Positions 8,822 to 19,097 of a DNA stretch of 64,000 nt are shown piece after piece (position 1 is the first letter of the stretch; each line of letters opens with the position of its first letter). The stretch covers positions 1,218,232 through 1,282,231 of the forward strand of contig OZ244870.1 of NCBI GenBank assembly GCA_965221205.1, given 5' to 3'. A program made the translations under genes and the position numbers. The stretch comes from a bacterium. GTDB lineage: Bacteria; SM23-31. The notes beneath the pieces were generated by a model. The model worked only from the letters and a program-made list of their open reading frames with translations. It was not told where the DNA came from and did no database searches.

Positions 8822-9793
8822 CTATTTCAGCATTGCTGCGGCATCTTTCGCAAAATAGGTCAGGATGAGATCTGCACCGGCGCGTTTGATGCCGGTTAAT
8901 GATTCCATTACGACCCGGTCTTCATCGAGCCAACCCTTTGCTGCGGCTGCCTTGATCATCGAATATTCACCGCTCACATTATATGCTGCGACAGGAATAA
9001 AGAATTCCCGTTTGACCCGGCTGATAATATCAAGATAGGGAAGAGCAGGCTTGACCATGACAATATCGGCGCCCTCATCGATATCGAGCGCAGTTTCTCT
9101 GAGCGCTTCTTCTGCGTTCGGGGGGGCAATCTGATAGGATTTCCGGTCTCCGAATTGCGGGATCGAATCCGCTGCATCACGGAACGGGCCGTAAAATGCC
9201 GAAGAATATTTCGCTGCATACGCCATGATCGGGGTGTTGGAAAATTCTTTAACGTCGAGCAAATCACGGATGTAACCGATTCGCCCGTCCATCATATCGG
9301 ATGGAGCTACCATATCTGCCCCGGCACGTACATGGCTCAACGCTATTTTACCGAGCAATTCAAGCGTTTTGTCATTGTCAACTTCACCGTCAACAATTTT
9401 ACCGCAATGGCCGTGGTCTGTATACTCACACATACACACATCGGTAATCAGTACGAGTGACGAAACCGCCTTTTTCACTGCCCGGAGTGCTTCCTGTACG
9501 ATTCCGTTATCTGCATATCCCTCTTTACCGAGCGGATTTTTGTGCTCTGGAATACCAAAAAGGATCACCGCCGGAATACCAAGCTGTTCGACAGCTTTAC
9601 ATTCCTCAACTAGTTCATCGACCGACAACCTGAATTGTCCCGGCATCGACGGAATTTCTTCTTGGACCTTTTTTCCCGAGCATACAAAAAGCGGGTAGAT
9701 CAGATCGTCAACGGACAATTTTGTTTCGCGTACCATTCTCCGCAGGGTTTCACTCGTGCGAAGGCGCCGCAGCCGTGTAATTGGAAATGTCAT
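8822..9793 (-). CDS. hemB: porphobilinogen synthase (delta-aminolevulinate dehydratase)
   Basis: 323 aa with RLRR near the N-terminus, [14 protein letters not shown] (Zn-type cysteine cluster) and [11 protein letters not shown] (active-site Lys). Confidence 0.93.
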   Translation of the reverse strand: MTFPITRLRRLRTSETLRRMVRETKLSVDDLIYPLFVCSGKKVQEEIPSMPGQFRLSVDELVEECKAVEQLGIPAVILFGIPEHKNPLGKEGYADNGIVQEALRAVKKAVSSLVLITDVCMCEYTDHGHCGKIVDGEVDNDKTLELLGKIALSHVRAGADMVAPSDMMDGRIGYIRDLLDVKEFSNTPIMAYAAKYSSAFYGPFRDAADSIPQFGDRKSYQIAPPNAEEALRETALDIDEGADIVMVKPALPYLDIISRVKREFFIPVAAYNVSGEYSMIKAAAAKGWLDEDRVVMESLTGIKRAGADLILTYFAKDAAAMLK

Positions 9794-9803
9794 AGTTTCC
9801 CCA

Positions 9804-10586
9804 TTATATTTTTTGAAAATGCTCTATTGTTGCATTGACCAGGCTGGATACCGACTGAACCGGTGATTCGACAACCGGATCAATTCTATAAGATCTAAGG
9901 GTCTTTGTTGTCACAGGACCGATACTTGCAACATTCATTTTAGAAATTACTGCTGTTCGCTCTGTCTCGGTAATGAAACGCATTATAGCATCTACAGCAG
10001 ATGAACTCATAAACGTTACCATATCGATTCTGCCGCTCCTGAACAACCCAGTTATTTCATCAGCCGGGTAGGCAACTGAAGTTGTTTCGTATACTGTAAT
10101 CCGCGTAATTTCTGCTCCTCTTTTGCTGAGACCATCAGGCAATGTATCGCGGGCAATGTTCCCCATCGGAAGCAAAAACTTCATCCCCGAAATCTCTTGA
10201 ATTTTTTGTGTAAATTCGTGCAGAAATCCAGCCGCTGTTGTTATTCCCGCCTCGAAGTCGGTCTCAAATCCAGCCTCTGAAAGTGCCGTTGTTGTTGCTG
10301 CTCCGATAGTACCGAACCTGACAGTCTTAAATTGATCTGTGTGCATACCAAGCATTTTCAACCTTGAGTCGAAAGCCTGGACACCATTAGCACTCGTAAA
10401 GATGATCCAGTCAAAATCATCAGGTTTACGGAGGTATTTATCAAATTCCGCGTAATCCCTTGCCGGTTGAAGAGCAATCATCGGTTTATGAGTAACCTCG
10501 GCACCAAGCGATTTGAATAGTTCGATCTGCTGCAATGCCTGGTAAGCCGGCTGGGTAACAACAATCCGCTTTCCGGAAAGGGTCAT
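9804..10586 (-). CDS. hemD: uroporphyrinogen-III synthase
   Basis: 260 aa with the two-lobed HemD pattern (IIFTSANGV ... TFMSSSAV). It is positioned directly after hemC, abutting it at 10586/10587. Confidence 0.8.
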   Translation of the reverse strand: MTLSGKRIVVTQPAYQALQQIELFKSLGAEVTHKPMIALQPARDYAEFDKYLRKPDDFDWIIFTSANGVQAFDSRLKMLGMHTDQFKTVRFGTIGAATTTALSEAGFETDFEAGITTAAGFLHEFTQKIQEISGMKFLLPMGNIARDTLPDGLSKRGAEITRITVYETTSVAYPADEITGLFRSGRIDMVTFMSSSAVDAIMRFITETERTAVISKMNVASIGPVTTKTLRSYRIDPVVESPVQSVSSLVNATIEHFQKI

Positions 10587-11531
10587 TTATATTCCTGCAT
10601 CAGTACTGCTGCTCCGAAACGACTCTAAAATAGCATCGCCACCTGCGTCGAGTATAGTTTTAGCAAGCTGTTCACCAACCCGTTCCGGCTCAGCGGGATC
10701 ACCTTGAAATGATTGTCTCACAAGCTTCGAACCGTCCTGTGTGGCAACTGCACCAGTTAATATCAGCTTATTACCGGATAGTTGTCCGATACACCCCGCA
10801 GGGACCTGACAGCCTCCCTGAAGTACTCGTAAATAACTCCGCTCGGCTGCTGTAACGGCTGCAAGAGTCGTATTATTTATTTTGGAACACAATTTTACTA
10901 TATTTTTGTCGTTAGATCGCACCTGAACAGCAAGGGTTCCCTGTCCGATCGCGGGCAGAAGAATTTCTTCGGAAATGAGTGATGAGATATGATTTGAAAG
11001 ACCGAGTCGTTTCAGTCCGGCCACTGCAAGAATCAACGCATTGGCGTCCGAATCATGAAGTTTTTTTATCCTTGTTTCGACATTGCCGCGGACATCTTCG
11101 ATCCGAAAATCAGGTCGGTAATGGAGCAGCTGTGCTTTTCTCCTCGGACTCCCGGTCAGAATTTTTGCTCCTTCCGACAGGTCGTCGAGTGACTCTCCGT
11201 TTTTCGCAATCAAAGCATCATGAAAATCTTCCCGGACGGGAACAGCGCCGATAGTCAGTCTTTTCGGCAGGTCTGTTTCAAGGTCTTTCATACTGTGGAC
11301 TGCTATGTCGATTTTCTTATCTAGGAGCGCTTTTTCAATTTCTTTTGTGAAGACTCCCGTGGCGCCGAGTTTTTCAAGCGGAACCGATGTATCGGCATCT
11401 CCAGTTGTTTTGATCGGCACAACAGTGATCGATAAAGGCGAGTTAATCGCTCTCAGGAGGTCTGACACATAGTCTGTCTGCCAACGGGCCAGTTTACTGT
11501 TCCGTGTTCCTATTCGTATCGTATCTTTCAT
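10587..11531 (-). CDS. hemC: hydroxymethylbilane synthase (porphobilinogen deaminase)
   Basis: IRIGTRNSKLARWQT, HSMKD, RGNVETR and GGCQVP (dipyrromethane Cys). It overlaps hemA by 4 nt. Confidence 0.93.
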   Translation of the reverse strand: MKDTIRIGTRNSKLARWQTDYVSDLLRAINSPLSITVVPIKTTGDADTSVPLEKLGATGVFTKEIEKALLDKKIDIAVHSMKDLETDLPKRLTIGAVPVREDFHDALIAKNGESLDDLSEGAKILTGSPRRKAQLLHYRPDFRIEDVRGNVETRIKKLHDSDANALILAVAGLKRLGLSNHISSLISEEILLPAIGQGTLAVQVRSNDKNIVKLCSKINNTTLAAVTAAERSYLRVLQGGCQVPAGCIGQLSGNKLILTGAVATQDGSKLVRQSFQGDPAEPERVGEQLAKTILDAGGDAILESFRSSSTDAGI

Positions 11532-12808
11532 TGCTTTGTGTCGTCTTGAGGAGTATCACCAAGGTTAAATATTTTTTTGAGAATGTCAGCTTCTTCAAAA
11601 CCACGTGTCGATTTTGCCGAATCTTTTAGACGCAAAATCGGCTCCTTAAGAAGTTTTTTAATAATACTTCTGGTCAGAAGATCTATTTGTTCTTTGTCTG
11701 CTCCGGTTAATTTCGATTCATTATTGGCAACTTCATCATGTCTGATAGCTTCAAACCGTTCCTGCAGCTTCTGTATAACCGGTAGAACTCCTATAGTACT
11801 GTACCAGTCGAAAAATTCTTTATGCTCATGTTCGATGATTGCCAGAGCAGTCTGAACTTCGTGCTGCCGCTGCTCAAAATTTGATTCGACGATTTCCTTC
11901 AAGTCATCAATGTCGTATAGAAACACATTGTAGATGGAATTAACTGAAGGATCAACATCACGCGGTGCGCCGAGGTCAATGAAAAAAAGTGGACGGTTTT
12001 TTCTTTCTTTCATCACTTGTTCAATCTGTTCCGAAGCAATAGTATAGTCCTTTGCACCAATACAAGTCACAACAACGTCGGTATCGAAAAGTGTACCCGT
12101 GATCTCATTAAATCTGATAGCAGTCCCTTGAATTTGCACGGCAAGTTTTTCAGCGCGTTCAAACGTCCTGTTGGTGATATACAGCTTTGCAATGCTCCGT
12201 TCTTTGAAGTGGCGCGCTGTGAGAGTACCTGTCTCTCCGGTGCCGATAACCAACAGATTCTTATTCGAAAGATCGCCGAATATTTTTCGCGCCATCTCGA
12301 CTGCCGCGAATGATACAGAGATACTTCCTTCTCCTATTTTGGTCTCTGTCCGTATCCGCTTTGTGACCGAAAATGTTCGGGTAAATAATCTGTTCAGAAT
12401 TGAATTGGTATTCTTGTTCGCTGTAGCATCTTGATAAGCAGACTTCACCTGACCAAATACTTGCGGTTCTCCGAGTGCTAGTGAATCGAGACCGGAAGAA
12501 ACTTTAAATAGGTGATTGACTGCTTCTTCGTTTGTATAGTAATAGAGAAAATCGTTTAATGGTGTATCGTTTTCGTGGTAGAGTGATGAAAACAGCTCAT
12601 AAGGATTCACCTGTTTTTCCTGTGATACTGCAAGTGTTCCGTACAGTTCTGTCCTGTTGCATGTTGAAACGATACAGCTTTCAAGAAGATAAGGATTATT
12701 CTTGAGCCGATTCAAAGTATCGATTAAATCCTCTGACTTTATTGCCGCCTTGTCACGGACTGAGATCGGTGCGGTATTATGACTCAACCCGACTACAAAT
12801 AATTTCAT
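11528..12808 (-). CDS. hemA: glutamyl-tRNA reductase
   Basis: STCNRTELY (catalytic Cys), GEPQVFGQVK and the NADPH site LVIGTGETG. Confidence 0.93.
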   Translation of the reverse strand: MKLFVVGLSHNTAPISVRDKAAIKSEDLIDTLNRLKNNPYLLESCIVSTCNRTELYGTLAVSQEKQVNPYELFSSLYHENDTPLNDFLYYYTNEEAVNHLFKVSSGLDSLALGEPQVFGQVKSAYQDATANKNTNSILNRLFTRTFSVTKRIRTETKIGEGSISVSFAAVEMARKIFGDLSNKNLLVIGTGETGTLTARHFKERSIAKLYITNRTFERAEKLAVQIQGTAIRFNEITGTLFDTDVVVTCIGAKDYTIASEQIEQVMKERKNRPLFFIDLGAPRDVDPSVNSIYNVFLYDIDDLKEIVESNFEQRQHEVQTALAIIEHEHKEFFDWYSTIGVLPVIQKLQERFEAIRHDEVANNESKLTGADKEQIDLLTRSIIKKLLKEPILRLKDSAKSTRGFEEADILKKIFNLGDTPQDDTKQ

Positions 12809-12876
12809 GCTATCTATTGTGAGGAAATCACTATTCTCCGATTATTCATACGAACATATTCAGATTGGATTTATCA

Positions 12877-13668
12877 TTATAATATCGTAAAAAACAGAAG
12901 AAGTAATATGCCGCTGAACACAGAAATATAGGCAACACGTTTTCCCTGCCATCCGCTTAAATAGCGGAGTTGAATGGACAAACCATAAAGGACCCACGGC
13001 ACAAATCCGGCAATAAGCTTCGGATTGAAACTATCCTGATCTTCCCATGCGCTTGCTGCCCACAGAGAACCGCTCACCACCCCGATTGTCAGCAGCGTAA
13101 AGCCGGTAATAACCGCTTTTGTATTCAGTTTATCTAGCCCATCCAGATCGGGTATCTTTCGAAAAATATTCCCGATCTTTCTTGATTTTATTTGAGAATA
13201 CATCAGGAGATACATCATTCCATATTTCATAGCAATCAGAAATGCTGCATAACCCAGAATCGACGGAACCGTGTGCAGTGCAAAATAGGGACTGGCGAGA
13301 ATTGGATTAAATGATTCAACCGGCTCTAAAAAGAGTGCTGCTACAATTTGCAAAATGAATATAACCGGGTAGAGAAAGAGCCCTGTTCCTGACTCTTTGG
13401 ATGTGTAATGGATAAATACATATGTTGCAGTAAGAACAAAAGCAGTAAATGTCACCGCTTCTAAGGGCGATGCCAGCGGAAGCCTGGGGACACTCCACAC
13501 CATTTGTGCGATATAAAACAAATGAATTGTAGCAGTCACAACAGCAAGTGATCGCACGGGAATCCTGAGGTCTTCCTTCTCCGATCGGAATAATACACCA
13601 CACATGATGGAAACCAGTAGATACAGTCCGGCTATAACAAATCCCAATGTTGAAAACAGAGCATCCAT
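12877..13668 (-). CDS. cytochrome c assembly family membrane protein (CcsA/HemX-like) at the head of the hem operon
   Basis: Polytopic membrane ORF with a Trp-rich segment (GSLWAASAWEDQDSFNPK) resembling the CcsA/CcmC WWD-type region. I prefer the ATG at 13668 over the tracked TTG at 13713. Confidence 0.65.
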   Translation of the reverse strand: MDALFSTLGFVIAGLYLLVSIMCGVLFRSEKEDLRIPVRSLAVVTATIHLFYIAQMVWSVPRLPLASPLEAVTFTAFVLTATYVFIHYTSKESGTGLFLYPVIFILQIVAALFLEPVESFNPILASPYFALHTVPSILGYAAFLIAMKYGMMYLLMYSQIKSRKIGNIFRKIPDLDGLDKLNTKAVITGFTLLTIGVVSGSLWAASAWEDQDSFNPKLIAGFVPWVLYGLSIQLRYLSGWQGKRVAYISVFSGILLLLFFTIL

Positions 13669-13861
13669 ATTATTCACACTTGTGTTAAGGTGATAGTGGT
13701 GAAACAGCAACAAAAAATGTACGCCATTTCATGGAGAAATGCAAGCCTATTGTCCTAGAGCAAGAAGGGAAAATAACACTTGAATAAGTAGGATTATTTT
13801 CGTACAATTTGCCTTTTTATCGAAAGATTGTTGACGGAACTACTAACACTATTATTTGTTC

Positions 13862-14833
13862 ATGAATTTTTTGAAAAATTTTCGCACACGTACCGAAAGC
13901 TCGCACCGGTGGAAATTATATCTGTTTGCAGGTGTAGTATTATATTACGTTATTGTAAACATATTTATCATACTGCGGCCTGATCATGTATTCCTGACGC
14001 TCCTCCTCCTTACGTTTTTGCTCGGCGGTGATAAAGCAAAGTGGTTTCTCATCGATTGGCTCCCGTATATCGGATTCTGGATTGCCTACGATATGATGCG
14101 GGGTGTTGCCGATGGCTGGAAAGGGTATATCAATATTCGGGAGGTGTACGATACCGAAATATTGCTGTTCGGCAGTTTTTTCAATGACACACTTCCCGCA
14201 TTCTGGTTTCAGCAGTTTCAGCAGGCAAATGAGCCCTATTTCTGGAAGCAGATTGTCGATCTCCTTGCTGCTAACTTCTACAGCGCACATTTTTATGGTC
14301 CGCTTATTCTAGGTTGGCTGCTTTGGCACACTTACGATGACCGGAGAACTTACTACCGTTTTGTATGGACGTTGACCGTTTTAAACGCTATGGCACTCGC
14401 TACTTTTTTTGTCTATCCTGCAGCACCGCCGTGGTATGTGCTGCGGCACGGATTTGTGCAGCCCGTTGGTGAAATATTCGGTATGGAGGGAGGACTCATC
14501 AATATTGACAATATGATCGAAATGAAGTTATTCTCGACCGTATGGAGAAATATGAATTCAAACCTTTTCGCAGCAATTCCATCATTGCACGGTGCCTATC
14601 CGATGGCGGTCTCATTCTTTGCCTGGTTTAAGTTCAAAAAATACCCACAACTCCTCATTCTTTATCCGATCCTCGTTTGGTGGTCGACTGTCTATCTGAA
14701 CCACCACTATATTATAGATCTGATTATTGGGGCAGTGTATGTAGGAGTCGCCTACCTGATAAACCAATATATTTTAATGTCCTATGTATTTGATCCGCTG
14801 CTGTTTCGGAAACGGAAACCTGAAAATAAGTGA
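13862..14833 (+). CDS. PAP2-superfamily integral membrane protein (PAP2_3 / inositol-phosphoceramide-synthase-like)
   Basis: About 7 TM segments. C2/C3 phosphatase motifs PSLHGAY and YLNHHYIIDLIIG. ATG at 13862 (the tracked TTG is at 13856). Confidence 0.7.
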   Translation: MNFLKNFRTRTESSHRWKLYLFAGVVLYYVIVNIFIILRPDHVFLTLLLLTFLLGGDKAKWFLIDWLPYIGFWIAYDMMRGVADGWKGYINIREVYDTEILLFGSFFNDTLPAFWFQQFQQANEPYFWKQIVDLLAANFYSAHFYGPLILGWLLWHTYDDRRTYYRFVWTLTVLNAMALATFFVYPAAPPWYVLRHGFVQPVGEIFGMEGGLINIDNMIEMKLFSTVWRNMNSNLFAAIPSLHGAYPMAVSFFAWFKFKKYPQLLILYPILVWWSTVYLNHHYIIDLIIGAVYVGVAYLINQYILMSYVFDPLLFRKRKPENK

Positions 14834-14858
14834 TCTGCTGTTGAAATCTTACCAGAAC

Positions 14859-15812
14859 TTACAAACCTGCCTGCTTGTAGGCATCAAACACAATAGACAA
14901 ATCTCTTTTTGCTCGTGGGAAATTTGAGTAGGGCGTGTGTTCAGGATTGTACAGACACTGCATGAAATCCTGTGTCATAGCGTGATGTCCTCCGATATCT
15001 TTCAGGGATGGAAATGTGAGTTTCCGTTTTCTGTGAGCACGTACTAGAATATAAATTCCGTTACTCTCAAACACAATTTTGCCTTCTGTACCAGCGATTG
15101 TCGAGTGCTGGAAAATCCCCTTTGTCAGGCTCGGAGTTTCCCACGAGTAACGGAGAGTAGCAGAAACATCATTCTGATACCGCAAAGTAAGAACAGAATT
15201 CTTTTCAGGAGATGAGGAACTGATGTTCGAAAATTCAGCTTCGATCGTTTCTGGTGAGTCTTCAAGTATTCCGGATAACAAAGCGACAAAATGAATTCCA
15301 CCTTCATGCAAAGCTCCATACGCTTTTTTCCATCCTGAAGGTGGTGCCATGAATTCTTTCCGAATTAAAATATTGATAATTCGGCCGATTGTATTGTTCC
15401 GAATGAACTTTTTTATTGCCGTTAGCAAAGGTTTATAATAGTAGTTCTCAGCGACCATCAGTCGTTCAGGCTGGCCGTGTGCAGCGGCCTCAATCTCATC
15501 AAGTTCCTGTGCCGAATTACAGAGTGGTTTCTCAACAAGAACGTACTTTTCTGCTTGAAGCGCCTCAATAGTCTGGTCCTTATGATACTCCGGTGGTGAA
15601 GCGATCACAACAGCATCCACCTTGCTAGAGGTAATGACCTCATCGTAATTGGTAAAAATACCGACACCGCTGAATTTTCGGTTAAAATGTTCAGAACTCT
15701 GTGCAGTCCGGCTGTAGAACATCAGATTTGCAGAGCGTGACAGATTCTTCGCATGGAGAGCACCGATTGCTCCGCATCCTACAATACATACGATTTTTTT
15801 ACGAGAAGTCAT
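14859..15812 (-). CDS. Gfo/Idh/MocA-family oxidoreductase
   Basis: IVCIVGCGAIGALHA Rossmann motif and VLVEKPL. It overlaps the upstream GMC gene by 14 nt. Confidence 0.8.
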   Translation of the reverse strand: MTSRKKIVCIVGCGAIGALHAKNLSRSANLMFYSRTAQSSEHFNRKFSGVGIFTNYDEVITSSKVDAVVIASPPEYHKDQTIEALQAEKYVLVEKPLCNSAQELDEIEAAAHGQPERLMVAENYYYKPLLTAIKKFIRNNTIGRIINILIRKEFMAPPSGWKKAYGALHEGGIHFVALLSGILEDSPETIEAEFSNISSSSPEKNSVLTLRYQNDVSATLRYSWETPSLTKGIFQHSTIAGTEGKIVFESNGIYILVRAHRKRKLTFPSLKDIGGHHAMTQDFMQCLYNPEHTPYSNFPRAKRDLSIVFDAYKQAGL

Positions 15813-17325
15813 TCATAGTCCTGATGATATGGTCGGAGACACGCAGTGCGTTTGCTGTAATAGTCAGACTCGGATTCACTCCTGCCGATGTCTGCATAAA
15901 GCTTCCGTCAAGAACAAACAAATTATTGATACCGTGAAAAGTGCAGTTTTTGTCGAGGACACTTGTACGCGGATCGCTCCCGAACCGCACCGAACCGACA
16001 GCATGTGAAAATGTAGGGGGTGTTTTTTCATCAATTTCGTGCACTAACGTAATAAGTGATCCTGATCTTCTGAGAATTTTCCTTGCGTGATGTACTAAGT
16101 AATTCCGCCGCATCAGATCGTTTCCCGTAAAACGGTGTTTGACAGTTATGGTTTCAATACCATACATATCTTTTTGACCCGACAACACTACCTTGTTATC
16201 GAAAACGGGATCGTCTTCAGCTATGCATATTAGGTTTTGGCAGCTGCTTGCTGCTAAAAGGGAAGCTGTTTTGAGACCTGCCGGTATATAATATTTTACA
16301 ATTTCACCTGTCGGCATGTAGATGTCCTGTATCATACCGACAGACGTATTCAGTTTTTCGCGGAAATCTTCGTAAAAATGTGTGATGCCGACCTGCTTCT
16401 GGAATTCGTTCATCGGGTTGGTTTTAAACGGAAATACACCAGTTACTATTGCGCTGCAATGACGCATCAAGTGGGTGCCGATTTTCTTTGAATTTGGATA
16501 ATTTTCCAAACGTGACCGCAATAAAATTCCCGGGCTGTGAAGCGTACCTGCGCTGACTATAACAATTCGTCCAGATATCGAATGCCTCTTTTGGTGTTTT
16601 TTATCTATATATTCTATTCCGGTAATAGTCCCGCTTTTCTCGCAGACCCGGTCGACAATAACGCCTGTAATAATTTCACAATTGTGTTGTTGAGCTTTAG
16701 CGAGGAGCGTGGTCGCAGCATCATTTTTAGCCTCAATCTTACATGGATAACCATCGCAAGTCGTACACTGAATACAGACTTTACGTGAGTTATTATTAAA
16801 ATTGATAGCGAGTGGAAGTTTGAAAGGACGGAATCCGAGCATTTCTGCGGCATTGAAAATTCGCTGAGACGGTTTTGATAAGGGGATCCCTTTATGAAAA
16901 TAGTCGGTGTTCCGGGGAGGGTCGAATGGATCGGCACTGGTTTCCCCGGAGACTTCAAGGATTTGTTCCGCCTCGGTATAGAATGATTCGAATTCATCAT
17001 ATGATACCGGCCAGGAATTGAAATCTTTCTCTCTAAACCGTACTGCGGCACCGCCGAAAAAAACTGAATTTCCCCCGACCACTTCGTTGAGAAAGACCTT
17101 TCGCAGTGAAGCATTGGAATTTTGATTGACAAATACCGGTGAGTCGCTTTTATAACGTCTCTCAATGAGGATTTCACGGGGATTCCAGTCGGTATCGTCG
17201 CGTTTTGCCCAACCGCCTTTTTCGAGCAAGACCGTCTTTAACCCTGCTTTCGACAGAGCATAGGCAGCCGCTGAACCGCCGAATCCTGAACCGATAATTA
17301 TGGCATCATACCGTCTGTAATTCAT
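15799..17325 (-). CDS. GMC-family FAD-dependent oxidoreductase
   Basis: YDAIIIGSGFGGSAAAYALSKAGLKTVLLEKG (FAD ADP-binding fold). The C-terminal HAVGSVRFG...NLFVLDGSFMQTSAGVNPSLTI is typical of the GMC C-domain. Confidence 0.85.
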   Translation of the reverse strand: MNYRRYDAIIIGSGFGGSAAAYALSKAGLKTVLLEKGGWAKRDDTDWNPREILIERRYKSDSPVFVNQNSNASLRKVFLNEVVGGNSVFFGGAAVRFREKDFNSWPVSYDEFESFYTEAEQILEVSGETSADPFDPPRNTDYFHKGIPLSKPSQRIFNAAEMLGFRPFKLPLAINFNNNSRKVCIQCTTCDGYPCKIEAKNDAATTLLAKAQQHNCEIITGVIVDRVCEKSGTITGIEYIDKKHQKRHSISGRIVIVSAGTLHSPGILLRSRLENYPNSKKIGTHLMRHCSAIVTGVFPFKTNPMNEFQKQVGITHFYEDFREKLNTSVGMIQDIYMPTGEIVKYYIPAGLKTASLLAASSCQNLICIAEDDPVFDNKVVLSGQKDMYGIETITVKHRFTGNDLMRRNYLVHHARKILRRSGSLITLVHEIDEKTPPTFSHAVGSVRFGSDPRTSVLDKNCTFHGINNLFVLDGSFMQTSAGVNPSLTITANALRVSDHIIRTMNDFS

Positions 17326-18109
17326 AAAAGAAAAGAATACAAAGACCGAAAATAATGATTAATGCTGTATAATGAAACTTTTCACGAGTGTCTAATTGTT
17401 TCTGAATTCTCTCAAGATCGGGCTTGAATTTGCCCGACATGTTTCTCTGGATATACGTTTTATAATATTCCACAATAAACCGTTCCAGACCAAAATTCAT
17501 ACACGTGAGAATACCGAGCGATGTTGGACCAAACAGATAAAACAGAAAGAAAAAAGGACTGAGCACGACCGGGGATTTTTGAAATTTTAAAATTTTAAAA
17601 CCCTCGAACGGTGCATCTTTATATGCCCCACCTATCGAAACAAGCATTCCCGCAGCATACGAAACAAGAAAAAATTCCAGTGCAGTGGTGATCGTTGTAT
17701 CAACGAGAATAAGCAAAAATGTTCCAAGAATAAGGCAGACTCCCACACTTTTTCTGAGAAGGTCGTTTGTCACATAGGAACCGAAAAATGTTATTCTCGA
17801 AGGAACAAAATATTTTGCCTGATCTTCTGTGCGGAAAAAACCTTTATAGAATTCCGCTATGGCTCGTTCCATACCCATCGTCAAGAAGAAAATCTGGAAG
17901 AAATTGAGCGAAGATATCCGTCCCCAAAAGACCGGACACGTATAAAGCATGAGAAAGATCACCACATTAAAATAGATGCTGCGAGGGAAAGTTTTCTTTT
18001 TGAACTCTTCATAAGGACAGTCTTTAAATGCACCCCAAAGAGATGTATACAATCCAGAAATCGAGCTGACTACAAGCGATAGTAAAATAGATGTCATAAA
18101 GCGTTTCAA
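17306..18109 (-). CDS. uncharacterised polytopic membrane protein with an internal two-fold repeat
   Basis: Repeat 1 is GAFKDCPYEEFKKKTF...GMERAIAEFYK. Repeat 2 is GAYKDAPFEGFKILKF...GLERFIVEYYK. It overlaps the GMC gene start by 20 nt. I recognise no family. Confidence 0.6.
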   Translation of the reverse strand: MKRFMTSILLSLVVSSISGLYTSLWGAFKDCPYEEFKKKTFPRSIYFNVVIFLMLYTCPVFWGRISSLNFFQIFFLTMGMERAIAEFYKGFFRTEDQAKYFVPSRITFFGSYVTNDLLRKSVGVCLILGTFLLILVDTTITTALEFFLVSYAAGMLVSIGGAYKDAPFEGFKILKFQKSPVVLSPFFFLFYLFGPTSLGILTCMNFGLERFIVEYYKTYIQRNMSGKFKPDLERIQKQLDTREKFHYTALIIIFGLCILFFYELQTV

Positions 18110-18274
18110 TCCGTCAATGTGTAAAGTGAACAGAAAAAAGGATGCTCATTCTTGAAAATGTGTACCCTTATATCGATGATTTTTCAGGAACATAGGGACC
18201 TTAATTGAGTAACTGGTTAAACAAAGAGTGTATGCGACAATGTGTTATTCGCTGCTCCTCCTTATATGTGGATG

Positions 18275-18769
18275 CTATTGGATTTTTCTTATTTCCTCAT
18301 ACATGTGACAGATTCTGTTGAGTATGTTTTCGGAAAAATTAGGAAGAAATTTTGTGCATATTGCGGGATAATTATTAAGGATATCCAAAAAATCGGGCCG
18401 GAATAGAGAGAACACTTCCGTATGTTCAGTGGCGATTACCGATGCTGTTCGCTGCCTGGCTTTTAAAAGGGTCAATTCACCGAAAAATGAACCCCCAGAC
18501 ATTTTTGCAAGTTCGATTTGCCTACCCTTGACAGTATTATATACTTTAACCTCTCCAGAATGTACTAAATAGAGTCCGATTGCCGCATCTCCTTTGTTGA
18601 CAATGAGTTCTCCCGCTCTGAAACGTCTTCTGTATACATTACGCTCGATAATAGACGCCCCAAGAGGTGAAAGAGACTTGAATATCTCAAAGTGTAAAAT
18701 ATCATTGGGTTGATTGGTTTCGGTTTGATTTTTCTTTTTGCTATGCAATATGAGTGGATTATGAACCAT
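18275..18769 (-). CDS. stand-alone cyclic-nucleotide-binding (cNMP/Crp effector) domain protein
   Basis: FRAGELIVNKGD..GLYLVHSGEVKV...FFGELTLL..RTASV is the classic cNMP-binding beta-barrel. There is no HTH after it. I prefer the ATG at 18769 over the tracked TTG at 18796. Confidence 0.8.
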   Translation of the reverse strand: MVHNPLILHSKKKNQTETNQPNDILHFEIFKSLSPLGASIIERNVYRRRFRAGELIVNKGDAAIGLYLVHSGEVKVYNTVKGRQIELAKMSGGSFFGELTLLKARQRTASVIATEHTEVFSLFRPDFLDILNNYPAICTKFLPNFSENILNRICHMYEEIRKIQ

Positions 18770-19097
18770 TACTATACTCCGGGATACTCCGGGCAAACGA
18801 TATATATTTAGGTGATCATTCAGCAGGCGATATGCTTGCTTGTAGTGTCCCGTTATTGCCTTATCCTCGATTGTTTCTAAGTCAATTAAGTCAATAAGGT
18901 AAAAAAATAAGTTTCAGAAATGAAATAAATTTTTTCCTCAATGTCAAAAAGAGTTTTCAGAAAAATTCAGAATGGGTTCTCGGTAAAAAATTATGAATAA
19001 CTCTGCACAACAGATGTACTTAGAGATAGAAGGGACAGTAAAATTCTGTTACAAAACTGTTGTAAATGGCTTAACAAATTATTATAATTAAACAATG

